The notes below the pieces were generated by a model. It did not search any database. It was given only the letters and a program-made list of their open reading frames with translations, and was not told the origin of the DNA. The translations under genes and the position numbers were made by a program. Shown here in pieces: positions 29,442-39,090 of a stretch of DNA of 64,000 bases. The stretch covers positions 13,661 to 77,660 of the forward strand of contig PDQG01000008.1 in NCBI GenBank assembly GCA_002747745.1, in the 5' to 3' direction. How positions within the stretch are numbered: position 1 is the first letter of the stretch; each line of letters begins with the position of its first letter. The stretch comes from a bacterium DOLZORAL124_38_8 (lineage in GTDB: Bacteria > Patescibacteriota > Gracilibacteria > UBA4473).

Positions 29442-31160
29442 ATGATAGAAAGAACTTGTCGTCAATCGGGAGAGAAATTTGAAATCACGAAAGCTGATTT
29501 AAAATTTTATGCGAAAATGGGCGTAATTACGGCGGAGCAATTCGAAAAATTATCGAGTTTTCCAGTTGATGAGTCTGTAAGTATAAGCGAAGAAAAAATT
29601 CCGCAAGAATTATTGGTTGGTTTGCCGACTTTATGTCCAGCAGAGCGACAGCGACGACGATTGATGTTCTTTAATATTCATAATCTATACAAAAACAACA
29701 CATTGATTTCACCGCACGCACCAGAATATAAATTGAATGTAATTTCGAAGAATGATTTTCTAAACGAAAAAGATTCTGGTTTGAATTATGGACGAAATTT
29801 TGATTTTTCTCGTCCGTTTTTTGAACAATTTAAAGAACTGCAAATAGTTTCACCTCGTTGGGATAGAATGTCGTTGAATGCGGAAAATAGTAATTGGACG
29901 ACGAATTCTATTAGCTTGAAAAACTGTTATTTGGTGTATTCTTCCACGTATTTAGAGGATTGTTTGTATTGTGATCGGGTTGATAAATCGTCTGATGTGG
30001 TGGATTGTGAAGATGTTAAAAATTCAGAGTTGTGTTACGGGAGTCTTTTTTTGGAAAACTGTTTTGAAGTGTTATGGTCTAAAAAAATAAAGCAATCTAC
30101 TCGTTCGGCATTTTTGCAAGATTGTCGAAATTGTTCTCATTGTATTTGTTGTGTTGGATTGAAGAATAAGGAATATCAAATTTTTAATAAACCTGTTTCT
30201 CCTGAAGTGTTTGAAGAAACTTGGAATAAATTGTTGCGAAGTAGTGCTTTTCGGGCCGATTTATGGAAGAAATTCAAACAAGGGTGTGTGTTGATGCCAC
30301 AAAAAAATTTAGAAATTGTATCTTCGGATAACTGCGTGGGAAACAATATTTTTAATTGTAAAAACGCTTGGTTTTCGTACGAAGTGAAGGATTGTGAGGA
30401 TATTAAATTTGTACAAAATGCTTTGCGGTCAAAAGATACCATGGATTGTACGAACGATGATGAAAGTGAATTGAGCTTTGAAAATGCTATTTCTTTTGAT
30501 TTATATAATTCTAAGTTTAATTTTACGGTCGCTGAACGGTGTATAAATCTAGAATACTCAGAAACGTGTTTAAAATGCCAAGATTGTTTTGGCTGTGTTG
30601 GATTGATTAATAAGCAATATTGCATTTTCAACAGACAATATGAACAAAAAGAATACTTTGAACTTCGTGCCAAAATCATCGAACATATGAAAAAAACGGG
30701 AGAATGGGGCGAATTTTTCCCAGCGGAGTTATCACCATTTGCGTACAACGAAACAGCGGCTCAGGTGTATTTCCCTCTGACGCAAGAAGAAGCTGAGAAA
30801 AGGGGATATAGGTGGCGAGATGACCAACAAAGTGTTCAGTACACTGGACCCAAATATGAAATATCAGAAGATATTGCGGATGTGCCAGATGAGGTTGTAA
30901 ATCAAGTTTTAGAGTGCGAACGAAGTGGGAAATTCTATCGTATTCAAAAACGAGAATTAGACTTTTACCGCAAAATGAATTTACCAATTCCACGTTTACA
31001 TCCTGATGAACGCCATAAAGACCGAATGGCCTTGCGAAATCCACGAAAATTGTGGCAACGAACCTGTGCCGATTGTGGATGTAAAATCCAAACGACCTTT
31101 GCCCCAGACCGCCCAGAAAAAATATTGTGCGAGGCGTGTTATTTGAAAGTGGTAGATTAG
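29442..31160 (+). CDS. Cys-rich repeat protein of a CPR-typical family (paralog 2)
   Basis: Near-identical N- and C-termini to 27633..29378, divergent centre. Confidence 0.85.
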   Translation: MIERTCRQSGEKFEITKADLKFYAKMGVITAEQFEKLSSFPVDESVSISEEKIPQELLVGLPTLCPAERQRRRLMFFNIHNLYKNNTLISPHAPEYKLNVISKNDFLNEKDSGLNYGRNFDFSRPFFEQFKELQIVSPRWDRMSLNAENSNWTTNSISLKNCYLVYSSTYLEDCLYCDRVDKSSDVVDCEDVKNSELCYGSLFLENCFEVLWSKKIKQSTRSAFLQDCRNCSHCICCVGLKNKEYQIFNKPVSPEVFEETWNKLLRSSAFRADLWKKFKQGCVLMPQKNLEIVSSDNCVGNNIFNCKNAWFSYEVKDCEDIKFVQNALRSKDTMDCTNDDESELSFENAISFDLYNSKFNFTVAERCINLEYSETCLKCQDCFGCVGLINKQYCIFNRQYEQKEYFELRAKIIEHMKKTGEWGEFFPAELSPFAYNETAAQVYFPLTQEEAEKRGYRWRDDQQSVQYTGPKYEISEDIADVPDEVVNQVLECERSGKFYRIQKRELDFYRKMNLPIPRLHPDERHKDRMALRNPRKLWQRTCADCGCKIQTTFAPDRPEKILCEACYLKVVD

Positions 31161-31280
31161 AGGAAATTTTATAAAAATTTCTTCATTCCCAACTAGATTG
31201 GAAATCTTTTAGAAATGCTAAATAAATGATTCTTAGTTTTTCTCGGGGATGAGAGGAGAAAAAATTCTTAAAAAAGAGTT

Positions 31281-31377
31281 TTGAACTTTGTAAAAAATTT
31301 TGTACCATTAAGTCCCGAGAGGTGGAAACACTTTGTACTTCAATTTTTTGAATGGTCATGATTAGAAAGTCTCGGGA
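31281..31377 (+). promoter_or_regulatory. pyrG promoter and structured leader
   Basis: TTGAAC-N16-TACCAT; TCCCGAGA (31313-31320) complementary to TCTCGGGA (31370-31377). Confidence 0.5.
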
Positions 31378-33037
31378 AAAACGGCTAGAAACAAAAATCA
31401 TCTTTGTAACAGGAGGAGTTTGTTCATCATTAGGAAAAGGTATTGTGGCGGCATCAACCGCAGCCATTTTGAAATCTGCTGGAAAAAAAGTTTCGATTAT
31501 GAAACTTGATCCGTATTTGAATGTGGATCCAGGAACCATGAGTCCATTTCAACACGGAGAAGTGTTTGTGTTGGACGACGGAGGTGAAACAGATTTAGAT
31601 TTGGGGCATTATGAACGATTTATTGATGTGCCGTTGAATAAATTTTGTAGTGTGACTACGGGGAAAGTATACCGAGAAGTGTTGAATGAAGAACGAGAAG
31701 GGAAGTATTTAGGCGGAACAATTCAAGTGGTGCCACATATTACCGCTAAAATTATTGAAAAAATTGAATTGGCGGCTGAAAAATCGGGAGCGGAAATTTT
31801 GGTGTGTGAGATTGGGGGAACGGTTGGAGATATTGAAGGAGAACCGTTTATTGAAGTGGTTCGACAAATGAAATCAACCTACGGAAAACAAGTGTTAAGT
31901 ATGCATTTAACGTTGTTGCCGTATTTGGCGGCGAGTGGAGAACTCAAAACCAAACCGACACAAATTTCAGTACGACAATTACGAGCGTTGGGGGTTTCGC
32001 CTGATTTAATTTTTGCTCGAGCCGATAAAAAAATTCCACAATCATTGCTAAAAAAGATTGCGTATTTTTGTGATGTGAATGAAGAAGCGGTAATTCCCGC
32101 CGAAACCGTTAAATCTATTTATGAAGTACCGTTGCGTTTCCAAAAATATAATCTAGGAAAAATCTTAGCAGAAAAATTAGGCTATGATGATTTAGCGTTT
32201 GATTTAGACGAGTGGAAACAAGGTGTGGAAAAAATTAAAAATTCCAAAGAAACGATTCAAATTGGTTTGGCCGGAAAATATAATGAATTAGATGATGCGT
32301 ATTTATCGGTGATTGAAGCGATTAAATCGGCTGGGTTTTCGGTTGATAGAAAAGCAGAAATTGTTTGGATTGATACTGAAAAAATTGAACATGACGATGC
32401 CGATGAACTGGAAAAACTCCAAGCGGTAGCCGGGGTGGTTGTGCCTGGTGGGTTTGGAAATCGTGGAATTGAGGGAAAAATAAAAGTAGCGCAATTCTGT
32501 CGTGAAAACAATAAACCGTATTTAGGGTTGTGTTTAGGAAGCCAAATTATGGCGATTGAGTTTGCTCGAAACGTTTTAGGAATTGAAAAAGCCACCAGTG
32601 AAGAATTTGATGAAATCGAACGAGAATGTGGTTGTACTTGCGCCCCAGTTGAATACAAACATGGAAAAGAGTTCCATTTAGTGCATTTCATGGAAGAGCA
32701 ACGAACCGTGCGGGCCAAGGGAGGAACCATGCGATTAGGGGCGTATCCATGTAAGATTGAGGCCGGAACTTTGGCAGAAAAATTGTACGGACAAGCTGAA
32801 ATTTCAGAACGACACCGACACCGATACGAGTTTAATAATGCTTTCCGAGATCAACTTTCAGAAAAAGGGTTTGTGTTCTCTGGTACGTCACCAGACGGTG
32901 AATTAGTGGAAATTGTAGAAAATCCCGCTTGTGATTTTATGATTGCCGCCCAATTTCACCCAGAACTTATCAGTCGACCGTTCAAACCACATCCATTATT
33001 TAAAGGGCTGCTAGAAGCCAGTATTAAACTTCAGTAA
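31352..33037 (+). CDS. pyrG: CTP synthase
   Basis: 'IFVTGGV.SSLGKG', 'KLDPYLNVDPGTMSP.QHGEV', 'GLCLG', 'ERHRHRYE', 'QFHPE'. Confidence 0.98.
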   Translation: MVMIRKSREKRLETKIIFVTGGVCSSLGKGIVAASTAAILKSAGKKVSIMKLDPYLNVDPGTMSPFQHGEVFVLDDGGETDLDLGHYERFIDVPLNKFCSVTTGKVYREVLNEEREGKYLGGTIQVVPHITAKIIEKIELAAEKSGAEILVCEIGGTVGDIEGEPFIEVVRQMKSTYGKQVLSMHLTLLPYLAASGELKTKPTQISVRQLRALGVSPDLIFARADKKIPQSLLKKIAYFCDVNEEAVIPAETVKSIYEVPLRFQKYNLGKILAEKLGYDDLAFDLDEWKQGVEKIKNSKETIQIGLAGKYNELDDAYLSVIEAIKSAGFSVDRKAEIVWIDTEKIEHDDADELEKLQAVAGVVVPGGFGNRGIEGKIKVAQFCRENNKPYLGLCLGSQIMAIEFARNVLGIEKATSEEFDEIERECGCTCAPVEYKHGKEFHLVHFMEEQRTVRAKGGTMRLGAYPCKIEAGTLAEKLYGQAEISERHRHRYEFNNAFRDQLSEKGFVFSGTSPDGELVEIVENPACDFMIAAQFHPELISRPFKPHPLFKGLLEASIKLQ

Positions 33038-33067
33038 ATACCTTTTCCAATTAGAAGAAACGAATTC

Positions 33068-33092
33068 AAAAAACTCCGAGAGGAGTTTTTTT
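33068..33092 (+). terminator. Intrinsic terminator after pyrG
   Basis: aaaaactcc-gaga-ggagtttttt. Confidence 0.75.
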
Positions 33093-33153
33093 ATAAACAA
33101 TAGTTGTTTCTTTTTTATTTGGAAAATTTGCGTTTGTTTTTAGACTCCAAGAG

Positions 33154-33447
33154 ATGAAATTTGTAGAACGACCACGAAAACAACCCGACTTCCCACAATT
33201 CGAATCACAAAGTGGGTTAATGGGACTCCTCACTTTCTTTTTTTCAATTGTATTGTGGATAGGATTAATTGTGATTTTTTTGTTTACGCTTTATACAAAT
33301 GCGTTTCGAAATAGTATTCAATCCATTTTGTTCTATTTTGGGCAAGAAACGTATTTGGTACCCTTTTGGGTGGCTGGATTATGTGTGTTTTTTGCTTTTC
33401 CGGTAACGTTAGTGGTGGTGTTGCTCGGGTATATTTTAAAAAAATAA
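33154..33447 (+). CDS. Small membrane protein
   Basis: 97 aa with two hydrophobic helices. Confidence 0.6.
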   Translation: MKFVERPRKQPDFPQFESQSGLMGLLTFFFSIVLWIGLIVIFLFTLYTNAFRNSIQSILFYFGQETYLVPFWVAGLCVFFAFPVTLVVVLLGYILKK

Positions 33448-33513
33448 TTTGACTTTTTATAAAAAATATTTCATATTGTGTTTGAAAGTTATTTTCTTAC
33501 ACATTATTTCATT

Positions 33514-35325
33514 ATGAGTGGTTTAGAAATCCCTTTGGCGGTTATTCAGGTAGTTAGTCCAGTGCCAGCAGAAGGAACAAATTTAGAAAAAAGTAATCAA
33601 GGAGCATTGGATATTCAACAAATAGCTGATACGATGCGTAACAAAGCGTTGCAACCAGTAGATACAATTCCTAATGATACTACAAAATTTGAAAAGACGA
33701 ATATTCTTCCATTTATGTATCCTCATAATCTGCACTTTGCTAAAAAAGATACAGAATTATTATCGGCTTTTTCGAACATGAGTCCAGAAGTTGGAGTGTC
33801 TTGTGATTTTTTGAATGGTCTTTTTAATCTTAAATTTACGGAGGATTATAAGAAATTTGAGCAATCATATGCACAGGCAGAAAAAGAATTTAAAGTGGTA
33901 GACCGAGAGTTGAAGTCTTTGGTTCAACAATTGAAAGGAGTTGTTGATATAAATTCCGATGAAGAAAAAATTAATTGGTTTCATAAAATAACTCAAGAAT
34001 ACAAAGCGTTGTTAAAGGTGCACCCTGAATTAAGGACGTATGAAGAGAAATTTAATGATTTTAAAAAATATAAGTCTTATTTTGACTATATAAAGCAGGT
34101 TGAAGTATTATCCAAGCACTTAATAGATTCTGGATTGGTTGATAATGCTGATTCTAATATATTTTTGAATAAACGATCTCTAGAAGAATCTTCGGTAAAA
34201 AAACTGAAAGAAATTTTGGAGAAATTGAAGGGGAAATTTTTAAAGGCAGTTAAGGAGAATTTTTCTAATACAAAAGAGCTTCCTGGAGGAAATATTGTGG
34301 GAGAATCATTTGTGGGAGATATATTAAAACTGTTTGAAAAAGTAGAAACGATTGATTTGATTCAACAATCTGGTGAGAAATTAACTAATACGGCAGAGCA
34401 AGAAAATGTTCAGATGAAGTTAGATATTTTGTCTTTGTTTAAATACTTAAGAGAAAATTTTAACTTAGATGGAATCGGTCATCATTTTGCAACGGAAGGA
34501 TTTGATAGCACAGAAGCGTTAAACAACGCTCAAGAATATGCTAAGGCTTATACACGTTTTGATGGACTAAAAAAATCAGAATATTTGACTACGGTTGAAT
34601 TGGCTCCGTTATATGAGTTGTTGATTAAAATGGCTCATGTAGAACATATGCAACGAAAACAAGAAGTGTCTGAGGCTTTAGAGGAAGTAAAAGATTTATT
34701 TAAAAAAGGAAAAAAACAGAGAGATATTTCGGAATTGACATGGAAACAGGTAATGAATCCACGTTTCCAACGCGTGTTAGCTATTCTAGAAAAATATAGA
34801 CAGTACAATCTTGATCCAAATAATGATACGTCGGTATCACTAGATAAATGGCCTGAAAAATATTTATCGCCTAAACAATTAACCACTATTAATCAATATG
34901 TAGATCGAGTGGGGCAAATGCGATCAATGAAGAATTTAGCAGCATTTATAAAACAGTTAAAGAGAACGAATATTTTTGATGGAGATGTTGAGGGAGCTTT
35001 AGAAACAGGGTTAAATATTACGGTAGAACAAAAAAATGAGTTTGTGCAGAAATTAATAAATGTGTTCTCTTGGTATGGATCTGAGGCGGAAGAACAATTC
35101 AAAGAAGATTTAAAAGAGAACCGGTTGGATGATGAATTTGATTATTTAGCGAGTGTTTTTCAAAAATTATCTCTATTATTCCCACCTAAAAAAGCCAAAG
35201 AATTACTAAAATTTAGAGAAATAAAAGATGTGTTCAAATCGGGTGAAGAACCAGGAAAAACTACTATTACATGGGAAAATGCACAGGCATTTTATAATGA
35301 ACGACACAATAAACAACATAAGTAG
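33514..35325 (+). CDS. Hypothetical helical protein (~600 aa)
   Basis: Long K/E/L-rich ORF, no motif recognised. Confidence 0.7.
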   Translation: MSGLEIPLAVIQVVSPVPAEGTNLEKSNQGALDIQQIADTMRNKALQPVDTIPNDTTKFEKTNILPFMYPHNLHFAKKDTELLSAFSNMSPEVGVSCDFLNGLFNLKFTEDYKKFEQSYAQAEKEFKVVDRELKSLVQQLKGVVDINSDEEKINWFHKITQEYKALLKVHPELRTYEEKFNDFKKYKSYFDYIKQVEVLSKHLIDSGLVDNADSNIFLNKRSLEESSVKKLKEILEKLKGKFLKAVKENFSNTKELPGGNIVGESFVGDILKLFEKVETIDLIQQSGEKLTNTAEQENVQMKLDILSLFKYLRENFNLDGIGHHFATEGFDSTEALNNAQEYAKAYTRFDGLKKSEYLTTVELAPLYELLIKMAHVEHMQRKQEVSEALEEVKDLFKKGKKQRDISELTWKQVMNPRFQRVLAILEKYRQYNLDPNNDTSVSLDKWPEKYLSPKQLTTINQYVDRVGQMRSMKNLAAFIKQLKRTNIFDGDVEGALETGLNITVEQKNEFVQKLINVFSWYGSEAEEQFKEDLKENRLDDEFDYLASVFQKLSLLFPPKKAKELLKFREIKDVFKSGEEPGKTTITWENAQAFYNERHNKQHK

Positions 35326-35412
35326 AAAGGGGAACAGTAAGCCTGAAGGGGAGGTAAAAAAAGAATCAAGTGACTTTGCTTGCTTCTTTTGGTTTTCTTT
35401 TTATGGTAAAAA

Positions 35413-35934
35413 ATGATGAAAATAGAGTATGAATTACGGCTGGATGATGTAGTGGCGTTGCAAAAACATTTGCTACGAAACTCAAAAAAACATACACAGT
35501 TAAAGTTTTTGACACAATTGCTCGTGCCATTTGCTTTGGCGGGTATCGTCGCTTACAAAATTATGAATCAGGCGACTTTAACGCAGTGGCAAATCTTTTT
35601 GTTTGGGGGCTTGGCTTTGCTTTGGATTGTGTTGCATCAACTTTTTTTTGAAAAAATAGTGTTTGCAAAAGTGCAAAAAACGGTAGCAGCCCAAGCTCAT
35701 GCGTTAGGATTAGGAAAAAATTCGGTTGAAATAACGGATGCTGGACTTAACTTTCAGCAAAATGAAGAACAATTGCTCTTGCCATGGAAACGGTTTGTTC
35801 GCCTTGATGAAACGGCTACGCATCTTTTTTTGGTGGTGGGAGAATTTGCTGGTATTACGGTAAGTAAAGAAACTGCTCAGACCAAAGATTTCTCAAAATT
35901 TGTGGCTGCGTTTCAAAAGCATTTGGAGGCATAG
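35413..35934 (+). CDS. YcxB-like membrane protein
   Basis: Two TM helices, then 'VEITDAGL....W......ETATHLFL'. Confidence 0.7.
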   Translation: MMKIEYELRLDDVVALQKHLLRNSKKHTQLKFLTQLLVPFALAGIVAYKIMNQATLTQWQIFLFGGLALLWIVLHQLFFEKIVFAKVQKTVAAQAHALGLGKNSVEITDAGLNFQQNEEQLLLPWKRFVRLDETATHLFLVVGEFAGITVSKETAQTKDFSKFVAAFQKHLEA

Positions 35935-36087
35935 ATTTTTGTGTTTGCGGGATGGCGGAGACGGTTTGGCATTTATCGATACAAAGTGTGGATTTTAACG
36001 CAAAGGTAAGAACGGAAAAAGTTGCATAAAAATCTTTTGTTATTTTGTATTCTTCCTACAATGGGCGTGATTTTTAGTAATACAAAC

Positions 36088-38622
36088 ATGGTAAAAAAGT
36101 TTATAGAACAGTTTTTAGGAAACTACAACGAAAAAGAAATTAAAAAAATCCGGAAAATTATTCCCAAGATTAACGCTTTAGAAGAAGAGTTTCAGACTTT
36201 ATCAGACGAAGAAATGAAGGCCAAATTCTTGTCTTGGAAAGAAGAACTGACGGCTGACCCGAGTCGAATAGAGGATTATTTGATTCGTGTGTTTGCGGGA
36301 GTAAAAAATGCCGCTCGTCGTTTATCGGGGCAAGCATTTGAGGTTAAAGGAAAAACCGAAACGTGGAATATGGTGCATTATGATGTGCAACTTATTGGTG
36401 GAATCGTTTTGCATCAAGGGAAAATTGCTGAAATGAAAACGGGAGAAGGGAAAACCTTAGTTTGTACCGCGCCCGTAATTTTGAACGCGTTGACGGGCAA
36501 AGGCGTGCACGTGATTACGGTAAATGATTATTTGGCCTCTCGAGATGCCGAATGGATGAAACCGTTGTATGAATTTTGTGGGTTGTCTGTGGGTGTGATT
36601 GTACATGGCGTTGAAGCAGCCGATCGACAAGCGGCCTATCAAGCGGATATTACGTATGGAACAAACAATGAGTTTGGGTTTGATTATTTGCGAGACAATA
36701 TGGCTCAAAATAAGGCCGATTTGGTGCAAAGAGCTTTGCATTTTGCGATTGTGGATGAGGTTGATTCGATTTTGATTGATGAGGCTCGAACACCGTTAAT
36801 TATTTCGTCTCCAGCCGAAGAATCAACTGATAAATACGTACAATACTCATTACTTGTGCCACAATTACAAGAAAATGATCATTATAATGTTGATGAAAAG
36901 ACCAAAGTGGTGACGCTGAACGAAGAAGGGGTCGCCAAAATGGAAAGTCTGTTAGGACTATCAAACTTGTATACCGAAGCCGGATTTGAAGAAGTCCATC
37001 ACATTGAACAGGCCTTAAAAGCCCACGTCATTTTTGAACGAGATCGCGATTATGTAGTGCAAGACGATCAAGTGGTGATTGTAGACGAATTTACTGGACG
37101 GTTGATGCCCGGAAGACGATTTTCAGATGGGTTGCATCAAGCTCTAGAAGCCAAAGAGCGAGTAGAAATTCAACGAGAGAGTAAAACGTTGGCGACTATT
37201 ACGTTTCAAAATTATTTCCGATTGTACGAAAAATTGTCTGGTATGACCGGAACGGCCGAAACTGAAGCAGAAGAGTTTGCCAAGATTTACGCGTTAGACA
37301 CGTTAGTGATTCCAACCAATAAACCAATTGCTCGGCAAGATTTGACTGATAAAATATTTAAAAACGAAAAAGGGAAGTTCTTGGCTTTGGCACAAGACGT
37401 ACGAGAAATCCACCAAACAGGGCAACCAGTGTTGATTGGAACGAGTTCGATTGAAAAGTCAGAAGCGCTTTCGACATTGCTTCATTCAGAAGGGATTAAA
37501 CACGAGGTTTTGAATGCCAAACAACACGAACGAGAAGCCGAAATTGTGTCTCGAGCCGGAGAAAAAGGAGCGGTGACGATTGCCACCAATATGGCGGGGC
37601 GAGGAACCGATATTAAACTAACTGATGAAGTGTTGGAACTTGGTGGGTTAGCGGTATTAGGAACCGAACGACACGAATCAAGACGAATTGATAACCAATT
37701 ACGGGGTCGGTCTGGACGGCAAGGAGACGCTGGATTTACGCAGTTTTATGTGTCTATGCGTGACGAATTAATGCGACGATTTGGAGGCGATAGAATGTCG
37801 GGGTTGATGGAATCAATGGGGTTGAATGACACCGATGCGATTGAGAATAAAATGATTTCAAAATCAGTTGAAAACGCACAGAAAAAAATTGAATCGTTCC
37901 ATTTTGATGCCCGGAAACACGTGGTGCAATATGATGATGTGATGAATGTTCATCGGGAAAAAATGTATGATCGACGGCGACGAATTTTGTTTAGCGAAAC
38001 GCCTGAGGAAGAATTGATACGAGTGTTCACAAATTTTGCTCAAAATTTGGCAGAAGCCCACATTCCAGGTGAAACGGTTGATGCCACGGCGAATCTTGAT
38101 GAAATATTTGAGACGCTGCGGTCTATTATTCCAGCGTTTCCAGATAATGGACGGGCCGAGTTAGAAAACTTATCGGCGCGGGTGGATATTGCTCAGTTTA
38201 TTGAAACACAATTATTGAAAGCGTGGGAAGTAAAAAAAGAGTTTTTCCCGGCCGAACAACGAGACGAAATTATTCGGTTCGTGTTATTGAAGTCGTTTGA
38301 TGACTTGTGGCTAGAACATATTAATTCGATGACTTCTTTGAAAGATCGAGTGGCGTTGAGTGGATACGCACAAAAAGATCCGATTGTTGAGTATCGACGA
38401 GAAGCGTTTAGCATGTTCAAACATTTGTTATTTGAAATTCGATCAACTGCTACCAATAATATCTTCAGAATTGAAATGGTGGAAACGCCAACGGTGTCGG
38501 CGGCTCCAGAAATGCATACGAATGAAAACCAAATAGCCGAGAATCTTTCCGGTAGTACTGACGTACCAAATTTGACGAGGGCTGAACGACGACGGTTGGA
38601 AAAAGCCCGCAACAAACAATAA
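36088..38622 (+). CDS. secA: Preprotein translocase subunit SecA
   Basis: 'EMKTGEGKTL', 'VDEVDSILIDEARTPLIIS', 'ATNMAGRGTDI', 'HESRRIDNQLRGRSGRQGD'; no C-terminal SEC-C motif. Confidence 0.98.
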   Translation: MVKKFIEQFLGNYNEKEIKKIRKIIPKINALEEEFQTLSDEEMKAKFLSWKEELTADPSRIEDYLIRVFAGVKNAARRLSGQAFEVKGKTETWNMVHYDVQLIGGIVLHQGKIAEMKTGEGKTLVCTAPVILNALTGKGVHVITVNDYLASRDAEWMKPLYEFCGLSVGVIVHGVEAADRQAAYQADITYGTNNEFGFDYLRDNMAQNKADLVQRALHFAIVDEVDSILIDEARTPLIISSPAEESTDKYVQYSLLVPQLQENDHYNVDEKTKVVTLNEEGVAKMESLLGLSNLYTEAGFEEVHHIEQALKAHVIFERDRDYVVQDDQVVIVDEFTGRLMPGRRFSDGLHQALEAKERVEIQRESKTLATITFQNYFRLYEKLSGMTGTAETEAEEFAKIYALDTLVIPTNKPIARQDLTDKIFKNEKGKFLALAQDVREIHQTGQPVLIGTSSIEKSEALSTLLHSEGIKHEVLNAKQHEREAEIVSRAGEKGAVTIATNMAGRGTDIKLTDEVLELGGLAVLGTERHESRRIDNQLRGRSGRQGDAGFTQFYVSMRDELMRRFGGDRMSGLMESMGLNDTDAIENKMISKSVENAQKKIESFHFDARKHVVQYDDVMNVHREKMYDRRRRILFSETPEEELIRVFTNFAQNLAEAHIPGETVDATANLDEIFETLRSIIPAFPDNGRAELENLSARVDIAQFIETQLLKAWEVKKEFFPAEQRDEIIRFVLLKSFDDLWLEHINSMTSLKDRVALSGYAQKDPIVEYRREAFSMFKHLLFEIRSTATNNIFRIEMVETPTVSAAPEMHTNENQIAENLSGSTDVPNLTRAERRRLEKARNKQ

Positions 38623-38704
38623 GCTTCTTGAAAAAATTTAAATTAGCGTGAAAAAAATTTGCGTTCGCACAGAAAAACGATAGAGTCTCTGTGCGTTTTT
38701 ATTT

Positions 38705-38789
38705 GCCGGGGTGGCGGAATTGGTAGACGCGCGCGACTCAAAATCGCGTTCCGCAAGGAGTGAGGGTTCGATTCCCTCCCTCGGCACCA
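38705..38789 (+). tRNA. tRNA-Leu(CAA)
   Basis: Acceptor GCCGGGG/CCTCGGC, anticodon arm cgcga-ctCAAaa-tcgcg, long variable arm, GGTTCGATTCC, encoded CCA. Confidence 0.95.
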
Positions 38790-38828
38790 AAAAAATCTCT
38801 TGAGCCAATGGCTGAAGAGATTTTTTTT
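38790..38828 (+). terminator. Terminator after tRNA-Leu
   Basis: aaaaatctctt-gagccaatggctg-aagagattttttt. Confidence 0.7.
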
Positions 38829-38830
38829 GT

Positions 38831-39082
38831 TTCCACGAAAGTGGAAAAGGGAATTGAACCCTGGGGTTCGAAAACGTAGTCTTTATTTTGAAAGCAAGCA
38901 GTTCACGGAGCGAAGCGAAGTATTCCCTCCCTCGGCATAATCTAAGGACTTTCCACGAAAGTAGAAAGGGGGCTTTAAATTTGAGCGGTTTGTTTTCAAT
39001 ATGAGTTCACCGAGTAAAGTGGAGTATTCAATTTTTAGAAAGTTTTTTAATGGCAGATTGCCACGCTTACGCTTGCAATGAC
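38831..39082. repeat. tRNA-linked degenerate repeats including a 16-bp copy of the tRNA 3' end
   Basis: attccctccctcggca at 38771 and 38922; ttccacgaaagt(g/a)gaa at 38831 and 38951; inverted T-arm copy near 38849. Confidence 0.7.
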
Positions 39083-39090
39083 GGAGAAAA

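Noticed and set aside
27633..31160. Diversity-generating retroelement TR/VR pair
   Set aside because: Both copies are full coding genes, differences do not look adenine-specific, and no reverse transcriptase is present.
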